Source: Paramecium tetraurelia
Taxonomy: Eukaryota
Length of the DNA: 64,000 bases
Direction of reading: 5' to 3'
Assembly: GCA_000165425.1 (NCBI GenBank)
Contig: CT868047.1
Span: 1-64,000, forward strand
Part shown: positions 23,899 to 38,251 of the stretch, piece after piece
Layout: every line of letters starts with the position of its first letter
Numbering within the stretch: the stretch's first letter is position 1
Program-made: the position numbers and the translations under genes
The notes under the pieces: model-generated
The model's input: the letters and a program-made list of their open reading frames with translations, nothing else
Told to the model about the DNA's origin: nothing
The model's database searches: none

Positions 23899-26598
23899 TC
23901 ATGCAAAGCTTTTATAATTGTTAAAGGTATACGATGACATCATTTTTAATGCTTCTTTTGTTTTTTACTTTTATTGAAGCTATTTATTTAACAAGGCTAA
24001 TCTAGCAATCTCATTTTCTATGTTTAATGTTTCTGTTTAATTGAAGTCAAATAAGTCTTCAAATATAATCATATTTTGTATCAACTTTGATGATTAGTTA
24101 ATTGCTATTGTTTGAATCTCAACACTCTGATCCACTTTAACCTGCTGCCTTAAAACGAAGGCTATATTTTAAAAGCATTTTAAAGTATCTACATCATTTT
24201 TATCAGTATTTTCACATAAGCTTAACATTTTGCAATTTAATAAATTGATAAGACTTTAGGGATGACGGTAAGTTAAAATTGTCTCCCATTCTAATTTGTT
24301 CAAAATAAATAAAATTTCAGTATTTGTTTCAGATTGTAAATACTATTGGATGATAAAATAGATCTGAGGTGTATATTGTCCCTTCATAAATATCAAATAT
24401 AGCATTTTTACAACTCTCTTTATCATATATATTCTACATTACGAGGATTGTATTTTATTTACCACTTTTAAGATATGCTAAATGGTGCTTTAATACTTTG
24501 TGCTTTGAACAAGGTATATTTCGCAACTCAACTATTGAAATAATACTTATAGAAGATAAAGACCATTCTCTTAATCAACAGATTGCATAGCTTTGTTGAT
24601 TAAAGATAAAGCCTTTTGAAATTTCTATTACTTTAGGCAGTAAATCGAATAATGATAATAAATCTCCCAATCTTAAAAAAGATTCCTTTATTTATAATAT
24701 TCGATGGTTGTTTCAAAAAACTCCTCTACTTAGATCTTATCTTCAGATGTTAGAGAATAATTAATGGTTTGAATTAAATTTATTAATATTTGTCTGATCC
24801 CATATTTATCTGCTCCTCTTTCCTCTAATTATTTTATAATTTCTTTAGGATTAGCTGAGCTAATCCCGAAATGAAATAGTCTTTTTTAAAACTCTAATTC
24901 TAAACTCAGGAACTCTTTAGATTAAATGTGGTTATTATCTAGAGTATAATTATATTGCAAAAAGATCCAAGTAAAATTATAAGAAATTCTTAGAAGAAGT
25001 AAGGTAATTTAATGCTGGAAAGCTTTGTCTAAGATTTTTGAAATTTCACTTACCGTTTCAAGCCAACTTTTATCTAAGTAGCTTCTATACAATTCTAATC
25101 TCAAATATGATATGTCATCCACCATATATTACTCATCAGTTAATTCTGTTACAATTTGACGAGCCTCTTCTAATTGATTTAATTCAATTAAACAATCAAT
25201 TTCAGATAACCTATAACTTATCTAATAATCTTAAGAGTACTTTTGTATTTCTAAACTAGCATTATATAATTATTGAACATTCCCTAATCGAATGTAATAC
25301 ATCTAAATCAAATTATATTACCATTGTTTGGTGTTGGAGTTAATCTCGAGTAATTATTTATCTTCTACCTACCGAAATTCAACTTATTACAAAACATCAT
25401 ATTTTTGTAAAATTTGATTGACCTTTTCCATTGACTTTGTTTTATACAATTAAGCTAAACTAGGTACATTCTCATATGTATTCAATTGATACCTTTACCA
25501 AATTTCAGCGTCAGAAAACCTAAGTATCTTCTATTGTTTGATAATTAATTCAATAATATAGTCCGGATTTGCACGGTTATCCTCATATTGACGTTTTAAT
25601 CGTTCTGATTATTGTTATTAAAACTATTATTATAATGGAACTTTATTCAATCCAATAAGTACATTTAATTTAATGTAATTGTAACTCTTACCATGAATTT
25701 GAAATTCAAAAGGTAATTTTGTTAAAAGGCTCTCATTATCCAACATTTACTATAACTGTAAAATTGATAACCCCTTTTTGTATATCTATAACATTGAGAG
25801 CAAGAAGGCGTATATATCATTATCGAAAAGATTTTGTTCGCACTCAATTTATGAAAAATTATTTTTTAATAAACCTCTTAAATTTGGTGGCAAGTACTAC
25901 TTAGTACCTTAAATTAATTGCTTTTCTTTTTATTTTTTATAAAATATTGCACAACCGAAGTCAGCAATCACCCACCCCTTTTAATCAGTATACATTATGT
26001 TTGATAATTTAATATCTCGATGAGCTATTCTTAAGGAATGCATTTCCAATATTTATTATAAGATTGAATGATAAATGCTTAGAAATTCATTATATTCAAT
26101 ATCAGCATTGGAAACATATTCTGATAATGTTGCAGATGCAAGTTCCATTCCTGCATAAGTAGTAAAATAATTTACGCATTCTTATATTATATATACTCTA
26201 TCAGATAGTGCTAAAGAGCTATTAGGAAATTTCTTGTTCAATAATGTCTAAATCTTGTATTCATTCACTTGCTGTAGAATCTCCTCAGTTTAGCATCTTT
26301 AATGCACTTTTACAGCACATAAATATTTTGAAATCATATGCCAGCATATGAAAACAGTTCCAAAGCTCCCAGCACCTATTATTGGTTGATTTTCATTTAA
26401 ATAAGTTTAATTCATTTTTTATGATATATCATATGGTACCTCTTGGGCTATAACAAAAATATCAGGATTTTCAGAAACTAATTTCAATACTACTCTTTGA
26501 TCGAAAGAATAATTCCTTTCTATGTTATTTGCCAAATTTAAATAACCTCTGGTCTCATCTGATCCTGAAGATGAAATAGACATTGATTCTTAATTCAT
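23899..26598 (-). CDS. Divergent Ser/Thr protein kinase with long C-terminal extension, ~900 aa
   Basis: IGAGSFGTVF, CAVK, AHRDIKLSNIM, IADFGCA, GTKQYLPP; ATG-to-TGA span is 2700 nt, consistent with one frame. Confidence 0.8.
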
Positions 26599-27587
26599 TA
26601 AATAAAATATCTTGAATTAATTAAATTAATGTGATTACAGGTTTTATTGAATACTATTATATGAATTAAAAGATTACAAATGAAATATTATAAGCAATAA
26701 AATTCTTACTAATTTGAGGAGATAACCTTTTAGAATATTATTATATCAATTAAATATTTACAATAATTTTCATTTATAAATAATTATTTATGAGAATTTT
26801 AAAAACTGAAATTGGTTAATTTGGACAAGCTAGAAATAAAATCTATTAATTAGTAAAAAAGGAATCATATTAGCTATTTCATTTAAAAGTATTGATTATC
26901 GTGAATAAATGAATTCTTTGAACCATAATAAATATACAATATCTATATTTTTAACTTATTAGTTAATATCTTTGTAAAAATAACTAATATTTTGACTCAA
27001 AATTTCATAATTCTTTATTCTTGCTTTATTGCAATATAACAAAGAATTTAATAGTTATTGTAGTGTAATTCCATGATAATAAATACAATATTAACTGAAA
27101 TTTATAGAAAAATGCATTCCTTTGCTACTATCCTTTTCATCTTTTTTTGAATTAATATTAATACTTAATATGTTATTTTTTCAACACTTAACCAAATTAT
27201 AAGATATTCATAATCCAATTTAGTGATTAGATAAAGTGCTTACATCCTTATGGCTATTGATTTAATCTTTCTATTAAGAACCTCTAATTATATTGCTACT
27301 CAAGATATGAAATAAATTTTATTTATATATAACTAAGCAATCATCCATAAAGTGAACTAAAATACTAACATGAAATATGAAGTTCACTAAATACAGTTTG
27401 TATTGATTATATTGATCAGGTTAAACGCACTAATAGAAAAAAGAGAGTTATTAAAATCAGTGATTATAAATCTACTTGATATTGATAAAATTATTTCTTA
27501 TCTTATGAATGTTGATTGAATCCAATCCTGCAGATGTGTAAAAAAAATAATGATATCTAATTAATAGATTAATTCTTGAATAACTAA

Positions 27588-27886
27588 TCATTTCTTGGCT
27601 TGTTTCTTGCTATCCTTCTTGGGAGCCTTCTTTGTGGCTTTTTTAGTAGCTTTCTTTGTTTTTGTTGCTTGCTTTCCTTATTTTTTGGGGGTGGATGCAG
27701 CAACTGGTGTTGAGGTGGTTGGTGCAACTGGTGTTGTTGTCACTGGGGCTGGTGCTGGAGTTGCATCAGTGGTCTTTTTAGTGACTTTCTTAACATTCTT
27801 TGTAGCTTCTACAATAAATTAAATAATTGACTTGGTGTTCCAGCCTTCTTGGCTCCCTTGTTTCCTTTTGTTGCTCCTTTTGCCAT
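27588..27886 (-). CDS. Small Lys/Ala/Thr-rich basic protein, macronuclear linker histone H1-like (no globular domain), ~91 aa
   Basis: MAKGATKGNKGAKKAGTPKATKNVKKVTKKTTDATPAPAP...STPKKQGKQATKTKKATKKATKKAPKKDSKKQAKK; one 23-nt intron; TPK/TPKK CDK-type sites. Confidence 0.65.
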
Positions 27887-29449
27887 CTTATTTATGTTTT
27901 CTTATTTTTATTATTAATAATTTTTGTTATAAGCTTTAAATTCGAAATATTAAAATTTCGTTAATTTCATTGGTTTATTTGTGATTTTTTTGGATAATGA
28001 TATTGCAGGCCTTTAATTATCAAATAGCCAAATCTGCCCATCTATTCCCAGTACTTTATTTTAAACATCAATTAATTTCAAAGTTTCCCCTACCAGAGCA
28101 CCTCAAAAGGTAAATTATTATTCTTGATTTGCACCTTAACCGCATGAAATCATTATGAAACACCCTATACATCAGTAATCTTATGTTAAACAATGAAAAT
28201 GTTCCATGGCCTACTTTAAAACAAAGTTTGAAGTGGAATTTTTAAAACGTTGTTTTTAAAAAAAAAGTAATAATAATTTTATTTTTTTAATATTTGATCA
28301 ATTTAATTTAATAATTATTATCAGCCTATATTCTTATTCCTCATTGTAATTAAATTCATTACCATGTCCTTCCCTCACTCAAGTCTTCTACAATCTAAAA
28401 CTACACAAATTTAATCTTCAGTCTTCTGTCTATCACATAAAACGGTTGTTTTATACAAATTTCTCATGTAAGTATTGTTATGCATTGCTTTGTTCTTTCT
28501 CTTAATTCTATATGGGGTTACAATGTTGATACCCTATCACTTCTAAAAACCCTTAAGTTTCATCCAATCCTCTTGATTTAAATGGACAAAATATAATTTA
28601 AATTCATAAATAACGCAAAGTTTATATTCTATTTCTTCTCAAGTTGAATATTCATTTATTTTACATATTTCAAATTTAAGTTATGTTTTATATAATAATC
28701 TTAAATAAGTGAAAGTATACTCTATTTCAATATCTATAGAATTATTCCACATTAATTTTACACTTGCGATTCTTTTTACTTAAAGATTTTAGTTTAAAAT
28801 TTGGGTGTCCTAAATATTTGTTTAACATTAATTAATTAAATTATTAACCCTTTGATTCAAAAAACAATTCTTATAACCATTTTTAGAACTTAATATTCAC
28901 TTTACATTATAAATAATATTATGTTTATTAAACTACTTTTGATTAAACAATCTAAATAAAGGATGTGGACAGAATATCAAATCATCTGTTTCAATGTCAA
29001 TTCACTCAGTCTTCTTCTTTTTTAAGAAATTTTTTAATTTATAAAATTAAATTTTCCTAATTTCTTATTTTATTTTTCAACATAATCAATAATAATTATT
29101 TAGAATAAAATATTGTAAATTAAAATTTAAAGTCATAAGATAATACCTTATTTAATCTTAATAATTCAATTCTAAGTTCAATGTAAAAGCATTACGTAGA
29201 ATTACAAAAGAATGAGCATCTTTTACTTCTTTAAATATTTGTGATTGTTTCATTCAATGATTATTGAAGAAGGTTTAAACTTTAAAAAATATTACACTAT
29301 AAGCTTAGACCTATATAATTCTTATAAGTTTAGTATCGTAATCATGGGGTTACAAATATAATTGAATTACAAGTATGATATTAGCTAGAAGAATAATTTA
29401 TGAAATATAATATTAATTTTTAATAATATAGTTAAAAATAATTTAAATT

Positions 29450-30247
29450 ATGAATTCAACAACTCCAAAATCAAGCGGAATCAATTACGCAAGTATAATT
29501 TTAGTTATAAGCTGATGGTAGAATTAAGAAAGCAACGATCAAACTAAGACACTTTACCAAAATCAATGTCAACCAATATAAAAATGGATGTCAATTAGGC
29601 TTAATAGTTTGGAGGGATGAAGCACAGAAGTACTTCTCAACACAATATTCATGAAATGGCATAAATTTAGTTGTTTGATTAATGTTTGGTGAAATAAGCA
29701 AATTAAAATGAGTTTCTGGTTTTCCTTGATAGATAGATGCAATACTTTTCTCAAACAACTCCAGTAATCAATGATGTCTATAAGCTTAGCAAAACTTTTC
29801 ATCTTTCAGAGTCAACAATAAAGCGATTTAAGATGAAAAGAAAAAGCTGTAAATCGAACTCCAAAAGTTTAACTAAGAAAACGCTTTTTTGATTAAGGAA
29901 ATAAAGGATTTGAATAAGACTAAGCAAATGCTTGTAAAGCGATATGATGCCTTGCAAGGTCTGATTTTAAAAGAACGATTGAACAATCAACCCAGGGTTC
30001 ACTAATATAGCAATCCGAAATTTCAACATCTTTTCAATCAAATTTCGCCAGTTTAAGAGACTATATCATCATTGACTGACGAGAGAGTAACATTATCCAT
30101 AGTTATGTTATTTAGTTTGAGAGTAATGCAACTTCGCTTGATTCTTCTCTATCATACGAGGATGATTAATCATCTGCATCGTAATTGCTAGATTTATTGT
30201 AGAAAAACTCGAAGCACAGATTCAATTTTTAAAAGCAAATGGTATGA
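29450..30247 (+). CDS. Hypothetical coiled-coil protein
   Basis: MNSTTPKSSGINYA... with short introns; ENAFLIKEIKDLNKTKQMLVKRYDALQGLILKERL heptads; TGA at 30245. Confidence 0.6.
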
Positions 30248-30338
30248 TAGTATTTAATTTTGTTTTCTTTTTAAGTTTCAAATTGCTTATTTAATATTAA
30301 ACTTAATATGAAAACAATATTCAGGAAACATTAATAAA

Positions 30339-31300
30339 TCATTTATTTAATATGCCAGTTGCAATTTCTTTTAAAAACCCTTTATTATCGGTCACTTACC
30401 TATCTGTATCCCAATTTTTAAGTCTGCTTTTCATTTTTTTTAATTATTTTTTCATTTCTACTATTTTAGGTTCGAAATCTGTGGGAAATTTAAATTTTTC
30501 TTCATTTTGTTCCTATATTAAATCTTTGATTTTTTGGTTGTTATCCAAAAACTATTTGATGTACTCCTTCTAAATAAGCGAAGGTAATTTAAAATTCAGC
30601 AGGTGCTTGTGTTTAGTAGTAGTTTGTTAGATTTATTTTTTGACTAAAATAACGGAAGGGGATCTTGATTATTTGAATTTATCAAGTGCCGATGCTGCAA
30701 ATAACTAGAGATTCTCAGTACTTTAATTCTTGGCCATTGATTGTGGAGATTGATGAATTTATTTCTTTCTATTTAAGATATTCTCATAGACTGCTTTTTT
30801 ATACTCCTCGAATTAAGGTTGGATAGACAGGTCTTAAGAGAGTAATAGGTGTTATCTTTCAGTAGTTGCCTAAATGACCTTCATTCGCAATTCAGCATTC
30901 GATCTACTTCTATACTTACCTAAGTAAATAAAAAAGAGTACTGAGATTTCGATCTTCTAGGGAGAGTTTTTTGGGTGGGAACTTCAACTTCATAGGATCA
31001 TTTTATATCCATTTTTCGTTTGCAGTCTCCTGCACTTACTATATGTTTTATTTTCTAGGAGTAGAGTATTTATCTGCTTAGAATAGCCTATTCATTCTGT
31101 CTCTTTCATTAACAAAAGGAATAAAAATAGATTCGCTTAGCTTAGGTTCATTCGAATTTTCTAGCAAAATAAAGTATTTTCATAGTTGTACTATCATTTT
31201 CGTGATTCTGAAGTGTAAGTAGTATGGGCATAGCACCAGGAACATTATTGGACATGGGATTGGAAAGTGCACATTTGGCCCTGATTATGCCAATACTCAT
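30339..31300 (-). CDS. Hypothetical protein
   Basis: MSIGIIRAKCALSNPMSNNVPGAMPILLTLQ..., frame kept across two GT..AG introns, ends TGA at 30339. Confidence 0.6.
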
Positions 31301-31443
31301 ATTATAATTTAATAATAATGTTATTAAGTTGAAAAAATTCATTTCTCAGACTTCAATATGTCATTGCATCCTGTATGTATTAAATTTAAAGATTGAATTA
31401 AGGTACAAATAGATATTATAATATATTTAATTTGATTTATAAT

Positions 31444-34400
31444 TCAATGATAAAAGTTCTCATACTTTTTTAAAATCTCATCAAATTCAACATAATTAAA
31501 TTCTATGCCTTAATATGCAAATCTAAAATAATATAATCAATTAATAATACCTTTTGCAAATTACTCTGAATTGATCATCTGTTAAGGGCAATTTGTGAAA
31601 GTCCATAATGGATCTAAACCTAGTAAAAGTGATTTTGCCTGATTTAGTTTTATCCTAAACATTACTCATGAATTCTATACCTTATCTTGAAAGTGAGGTT
31701 TAAGCAAAATCCTATGCTTTCTAACGACTTCACCAAGTCTTAACATAATGGCATGTAAGGCTTCCTCCTCATCTTGAGTCAAAGCATCTCTTGGATCAAG
31801 GAAAGTGGGGATGATATGAACAGGTGGTTTCATCAGTGGATCCTTATCTAATCCCTAATTGCATGTATAACAGATAAATTACTGTTTTGGTAAATACGAT
31901 TTCTACATCCTCTATAAACTTAGCGTAATTGACTCTGATGGGATCCTCAGGAACAACATACATGGTTTCTAAGAGATCCAAACTTTCTTAATCCAAATCT
32001 ATCTTCATCTGGCTTAGAACTCCTCTAAATTTATTTGTAGGCATCAATCCTTTTCTCAAAGGGTCAAAGTCCTTGAAATAATCACCCAATCTCAATCTCT
32101 TCACTTTGACAGCCACTTTAATCTACTCTAATAAAACTGAAGGTTATAACTAAATTAAATGGAAGTAAGTACTTTTTCTTTCTCTTTTGGCTTAACACCA
32201 ACATACGCTTGAGATGCTCCAGACTCTGTTTGAATTTCCAATGGTGGTTAGGTGTCATTTATAAATTGAACATATCTAATATCTCCATCATCTTCTGCAG
32301 CATAGATCTTGACAACTGCTTAAAATTCTTCATCTGACAATATGAAATTAACTGTAGCCAATGTCTATCTAAATTATTTTGGTGACACTTTATTTCTCCC
32401 TAATTTGTCCCAATCTTAAAAGAATTATTTGATATCAAGTCTGGTTGCCTTACAAAAATATTGAAACTTCTTTTTCACTACTTCAGCTACTTGTCTATCT
32501 CTTTCAGTGATTGACACTCTGCCATAATTATATTAGGTGGACATTAAAGGCACATCTTCTGATGGACTTACTTTTTCCAAATTTTTAGTAGTGAACACTT
32601 AATCTACTTAATCAGTGAATTCTTTCCATTGAACAAATCCTTGTTTGTCTTTACAACCAAAATTGTTGAGAATCAATTAGAATTCTGCATCTGACAAGAG
32701 GATTTTTGCCATACTCAATCCTTTTCTGAGTTGAGTCACTGTAATTGTGCCACTTCTTAGTTTATCAAAGTCTCTTAAGAATTCTGCAATTCTCTATCGT
32801 TATTCTTTGACAATTCTCCTCAATTTGGCCATCAAATCTTCAAAATCATTTGGTTAATCATTCCTAATAAAGGCTTGACTTAAATTATCTGATTTCACAT
32901 AATTCTTAAATGCATCTGCATGTGATTTACTTATGGCTACTCCTTCATCTGATTGATCTACAATTCTACAAAAATCATAGTAATTGACTTCGTTTAAATT
33001 TGCCTTATCTACAAATCTCTTCAACAATAGATTTAATGAAACTGGGTCTGGAAATAGATTGAATTGATTCAGGATTCTTAAGAATTGATTAGTTGTGATG
33101 TAACCTTATTTCGTTTTATCAAAATCTTCAAACACTGGTTTTAATAGCACTCTCTTATTTTGAATGGCCTGTTTGTATTTCATTAGCAACTCATCCAATT
33201 AAATTGCCTCCTATTCTGTCATCTATAAATATCTTCTTCTGGCAGGCAAAGTAGTCGAGTCATCAATTTAAGGTACTTATGCCTGTGGTTGCTTGTCAAT
33301 GCCCTTGATAGTGAATATTTTGTCAACGTCCTCGCAAAATTGATTATAATCCACTTAACCATTTGGAATCTTGTCAACTTTGTATTGATTCAACAATATC
33401 TATATTTCTTTTTCAGAAACAGGGATATTCTGGATATGCAAAATTCTAGCAAACTAAACCAATTAATTTGATAATATACTTAAGATTCAGTCACTAATCC
33501 TTTTCTCAAAGGATCAAAATCTTTAAAGAACTCTCTTATTCTGATTCTCTTCATTACAACATCTCCTTAGATCTTCTTCAATACTTGATGCAATGTGTTG
33601 ATATTATCTGTCAATTTTTTTGAGGTGAACAAGGTGGAAATCAAATCTAATCCCTCTTTGTCTTCAATGAAGTCATCATCCGGATGGACCTATGGAAATA
33701 TTATATCATTTTACATCTTTTGGATTCTATTTGATTCCTGTGATCACTCCACTGAGCATTTCTTATACATTATCGACATCATCACAAAACTTTACGTAAT
33801 TAACTTCCTTTGGATTTCCATTGTCGATATATTGTCTTATAAGTAATTGCAAGTATTGGTCTTTTGGCAATAATCCTAATTAATTTAACACTCTTGAAAA
33901 TTAATCTATTGTAATATGGGAACATGCAGTTCTATCAAAATCTTAAAATGGCTATTTTAAGAATATTCTTTTTGTTGCTATCTTTCTTTTAATAGCCAAC
34001 ATCAACCTTTTTACTGTGTCCTCTTCATCTTAGTTGAAAATCTAAATATATCAAATCGATACTTGGGGAGCTTGAAATACTTGCGCCTTTGCTTCGTTGT
34101 TCAGAAATTGCTCCTCAAGTTTGTTACAAAATGTTGTATATTGTACTAGGCCATCATTTAGTTTGTATCTCCTAATGATTTCCTCGATATCATCCTTTGT
34201 AAAATGAAAATTTATCATGGATAATGCAGACCGAAACTAAAGATGAATCACTCAATAATACCTTGTCTTCTGTCACCCAGCCCTTTCTCAATCGATCGAA
34301 ATCAGTAAAGAATTCTCTGACTCTTATTTGCTTCTTATACACATCTTGCTGTAATCTTGTCTCTATATCTTGTTACACATAGGTTCCAACTGCACCTTTG

Positions 34401-34453
34401 AATAAGATCAATTTACTTATAGATTGTCCTGCAGAAACTAAAGCTGTAGCCAT
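31444..34453 (-). CDS. Multi-EF-hand repeat protein, FAP115/EFCAB6-like ciliary microtubule inner protein candidate, ~950 aa
   Basis: About eight tandem units beginning R-x-x-(E/P)-F-F-x-D-F-D-x-x-x-x-G-x-(V/I)-T: REFFTDFDRLRKGWVT, QPFQDFDRTACSHIT, REFFKDFDPLRKGLVT, PVFEDFDKTKQGYIT, EFLRDFDKLRSGTIT, QFFQDWDKLGRNKVS, DYFKDFDPLRKGLMP. Confidence 0.75.
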
Positions 34454-35398
34454 CCTTCAGTTATCTTTTTTTTTGAGTATATATATTATTTAATTTATTG
34501 TCTTTCAAAACATCATTATAATTATAATTTCCCATTTTCAAAATTTGAACTGCCATCTTCTATACAATGATTCATCGATACAAATACCTTCATTTTATTT
34601 GCTAATTAATATTATTAAAATTAACTAAACATTTAGTTTAACATACATGCTACCCCAAAGAACCATCCAAAACAAGAAAATACAATTTGTCAATTACGTA
34701 ACATTTTCCAATCCTGTAGGACTCAAATTTAATAGAACCTAAGCTTATAAAACGGAGAAAAAAAGATCGAAAAAGAAAAATGAGCATTATGATATAAATT
34801 TAATATTTCTTCATTTATATTAAAAACTCATTAGCCTAAATTAGTTCACTCTTTATATAGTGTTACAATTTCCCAAATTTAACATAATATAAAGTTAAGA
34901 ATATAATTGTCACAAAAAATTTTACTTAAGAATATGAAAAAACAATCTTATTTGAGAAACACTGCGAATTCTACTTGATAAGATTAAGCGTTCATTATTC
35001 TAATTATTATAATATAATTTAAAAATTACTGAAATTTATTTAAACTTATTACATAATCCCACTTTTGTATAAGGTGTTTTGATTAAACAATTAGGAAGAT
35101 TATTTAAAAAGCCATCACCAATAAATCGTTTATATATTATTTGTTTAATTCCTATATTGATTTATATTCCCTATAGAATAATTATTGAAATGAATTAATA
35201 GATTACAATTAGGTCAACAAATGAATTTTTTATTACTTATAAGCAATAATTAAATAGAAAACCTGAATTCAAATAATGATGGATGTTTACATAATTCACC
35301 AAATATATAAATATATATAAAATTATTTTGTAAATAAATAATTAGAAATTGTAATTAACTAGTAAGATTGAATTTTAAATAAAATTATTTTATTTAAG

Positions 35399-35896
35399 TC
35401 ATTTCTAATAAGGTTAAGTGAATGTTTAAAAAGCATAATTTGGTTATGCAAACGATGTGAGTTGATTCTTGATTTATTCGCACCAAAATGAAAGCATCAT
35501 AAAATTATTATTATTTTCATTTTCTTAAATTTCTTGTTATTCATTTTCCTCCTTCTGACTCTTGATCGATTTCTCAATGCAATTCTCTGTTTTTTGACAA
35601 TAGAGGTAAGTCGACATTTAAGGCTGAACAGGATTTAAGACAATGTCATAAATACGGATTATTTTTTTAAGTTTTCTTACTCTGCTCTCCTTTTTGCCTA
35701 CTCTTCCCTCTCTCATGTAAGTATTAATAATGGACTTACAGGTAGATTGTAATATATTATGTTCTTGGGCAACCTATCAAGATAGACAAGGTAGAATTAC
35801 ATCTGCTATAGACTTCTTTTCATTTAAGATCTGGTGTATGATCTGTTCTCTTAATTCATTATTTATCTTGCTGTATTGTTTTTTGAGGTCCTCCAT
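35399..35896 (-). CDS. Small helix-turn-helix protein (psq/transposase-HTH-like ciliate family)
   Basis: YSKINNELREQIIHQILNEKKSIADVAQEHNILQSTCKSIINTYMREGRVGKKESR; one 27-nt intron. Confidence 0.72.
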
Positions 35897-35978
35897 AATT
35901 GAATTATATTTTTATTATATGATGACAAAAATTTTGTTTAGAACTTAATAATTTCATAATCCTTAAATTAAAATCCGT

Positions 35979-37003
35979 TCATTATTTGTTCTGATGTTAT
36001 CTCAAACTTTTAATTTTTCGAACTATTATCTTCATCTGTTATTTTTCAAACCATCCATACTTCTCAAAATCCTTTGCACTAGGCGGATTTTGTTTCCCTT
36101 TGTTGATTGCCTCTTAAATTATTTTATCTATGTCCTTGTCTTACAAATCGCACAGTTACAATAAGGTAAAGCATTTCTGTGGGTAATCTTAATCCTCGCT
36201 ATTGGAGTCCTCATTTTAATTATTCTTAATGTTTATTGTTTAATACTTTGCTGCAATCGAATTTAATTGGGGATTGAATTATTTTAAAACATAGCATTTA
36301 GCCCAGGGTCCATTATAGTAGTAATAAACCATCTGCCCTAGCTTTTCTTCGTATTACTAAAATTATTTTAATTCTTTAATTAATTGTTTCTTAAGCCATA
36401 TTGGTTTTTTCTGGAATAGTTGATTTAAGGTGGGATCGGTTTCTTAGTAGATCTCATCTAAATTGGAGTGGGCCTCTCCAAATTTCAAGGGAGTAATGAA
36501 ATTTTTCTTCTCGACCTTATTTCTCTTCACATACTTTTTCATCAAATTTATCTTGAAATTGGAACCCCTCCAACAGAATGGCTTAGCAATGTCTCTTGGA
36601 ACGTGCTGCTTTTCCAGTTGATAAGGTTTACATTGTATGTATTCTATTGTGAATAGCAGGGACTATTACTTTTAAATTGGTTTAGGATGTTTTAATCATT
36701 TTCACCTTCAAAATAGAAGTCTTGAAAGTAATACTAAGAATCGTAAGTCTCATTGATTTCGCTCTCGTGTTCCAATTTATATACAACAATATTTGGATCG
36801 TTCTTGTGCTAAAATTTTCTCATTCTGAAAATGATGTTAGTCTGATTCATTTTTTTCAAAATAAACTTTCCCTTTTCAGAATTCATCACTTGCAAATCAA
36901 GCGGTTTTGTTTTGCCAGTTGGGAATTAAAACGTTTAGAGATCCACCTATTTGATTTCAGAATTAAAGTGAAAGGGTAGAGTTAAATGTGAGTACTCATT
37001 CAT
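35979..37003 (-). CDS. GTF3C5: Divergent TFIIIC subunit 5 (tau95/Tfc1/Sfc1)-like protein
   Basis: LNQLFQKKPIWLK...MVYYYYNGPWAKCYVLKQFNP...QLCDLQDKDI...EKYGWF mirrors the tau95 motifs LF-x-x-RPIW, YYF-x-x-GPW, QxCD and GW. Confidence 0.65.
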
Positions 37004-37303
37004 TTTTAATAAATAAATAATATAATTTAAAATTTTCAATTCTGATAATCACATAGATTATCACATAAATTAGTATATCAATATAATTTCCATAACACTC
37101 TTTTATAAAGAAACAAGAAAAAACCAAATAATAAGCTCAGTTCTCAGAAACTTAAGATGTAGATCATCTAACTAATTTCTTTCCGTTTCCCCCTAAACGA
37201 AATTAGACGAATTGTGGTTAAAGTGTCAGATTCAATTTCAAGGGCTTAAGCTTAGTTTTGATAAGTTTTTCTCTATATTTTATTTTAAAATAAATAATAC
37301 AGA

Positions 37304-38048
<745 letters not shown>

Positions 38049-38251
38049 AGATTGAAATTATCAAAATATTACATTGATTTAGAAGTTGATTTATATATAT
38101 CTTTTGAATTCCAAATAATCGATTCTTAGAAAAGAAGAACCAAAACCTATAATAAATTCACAGTATTATAATAGGTCGTTTATCGTCTGATACTTTGGAT
38201 TGTCAAGTTTTTGTATTTATTATGATTGGATTTAATTATAAGTTTATAATT

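Noticed and set aside
28320..28660. Short minus-strand coding-like fragment, sharing a 15-mer (TCTCATGTAAGTATT) with the HTH gene near 35711
   Set aside because: Interrupted by TGAs and no extended similarity seen; a single 15-mer in AT-rich DNA is weak evidence. At most a small gene remnant.
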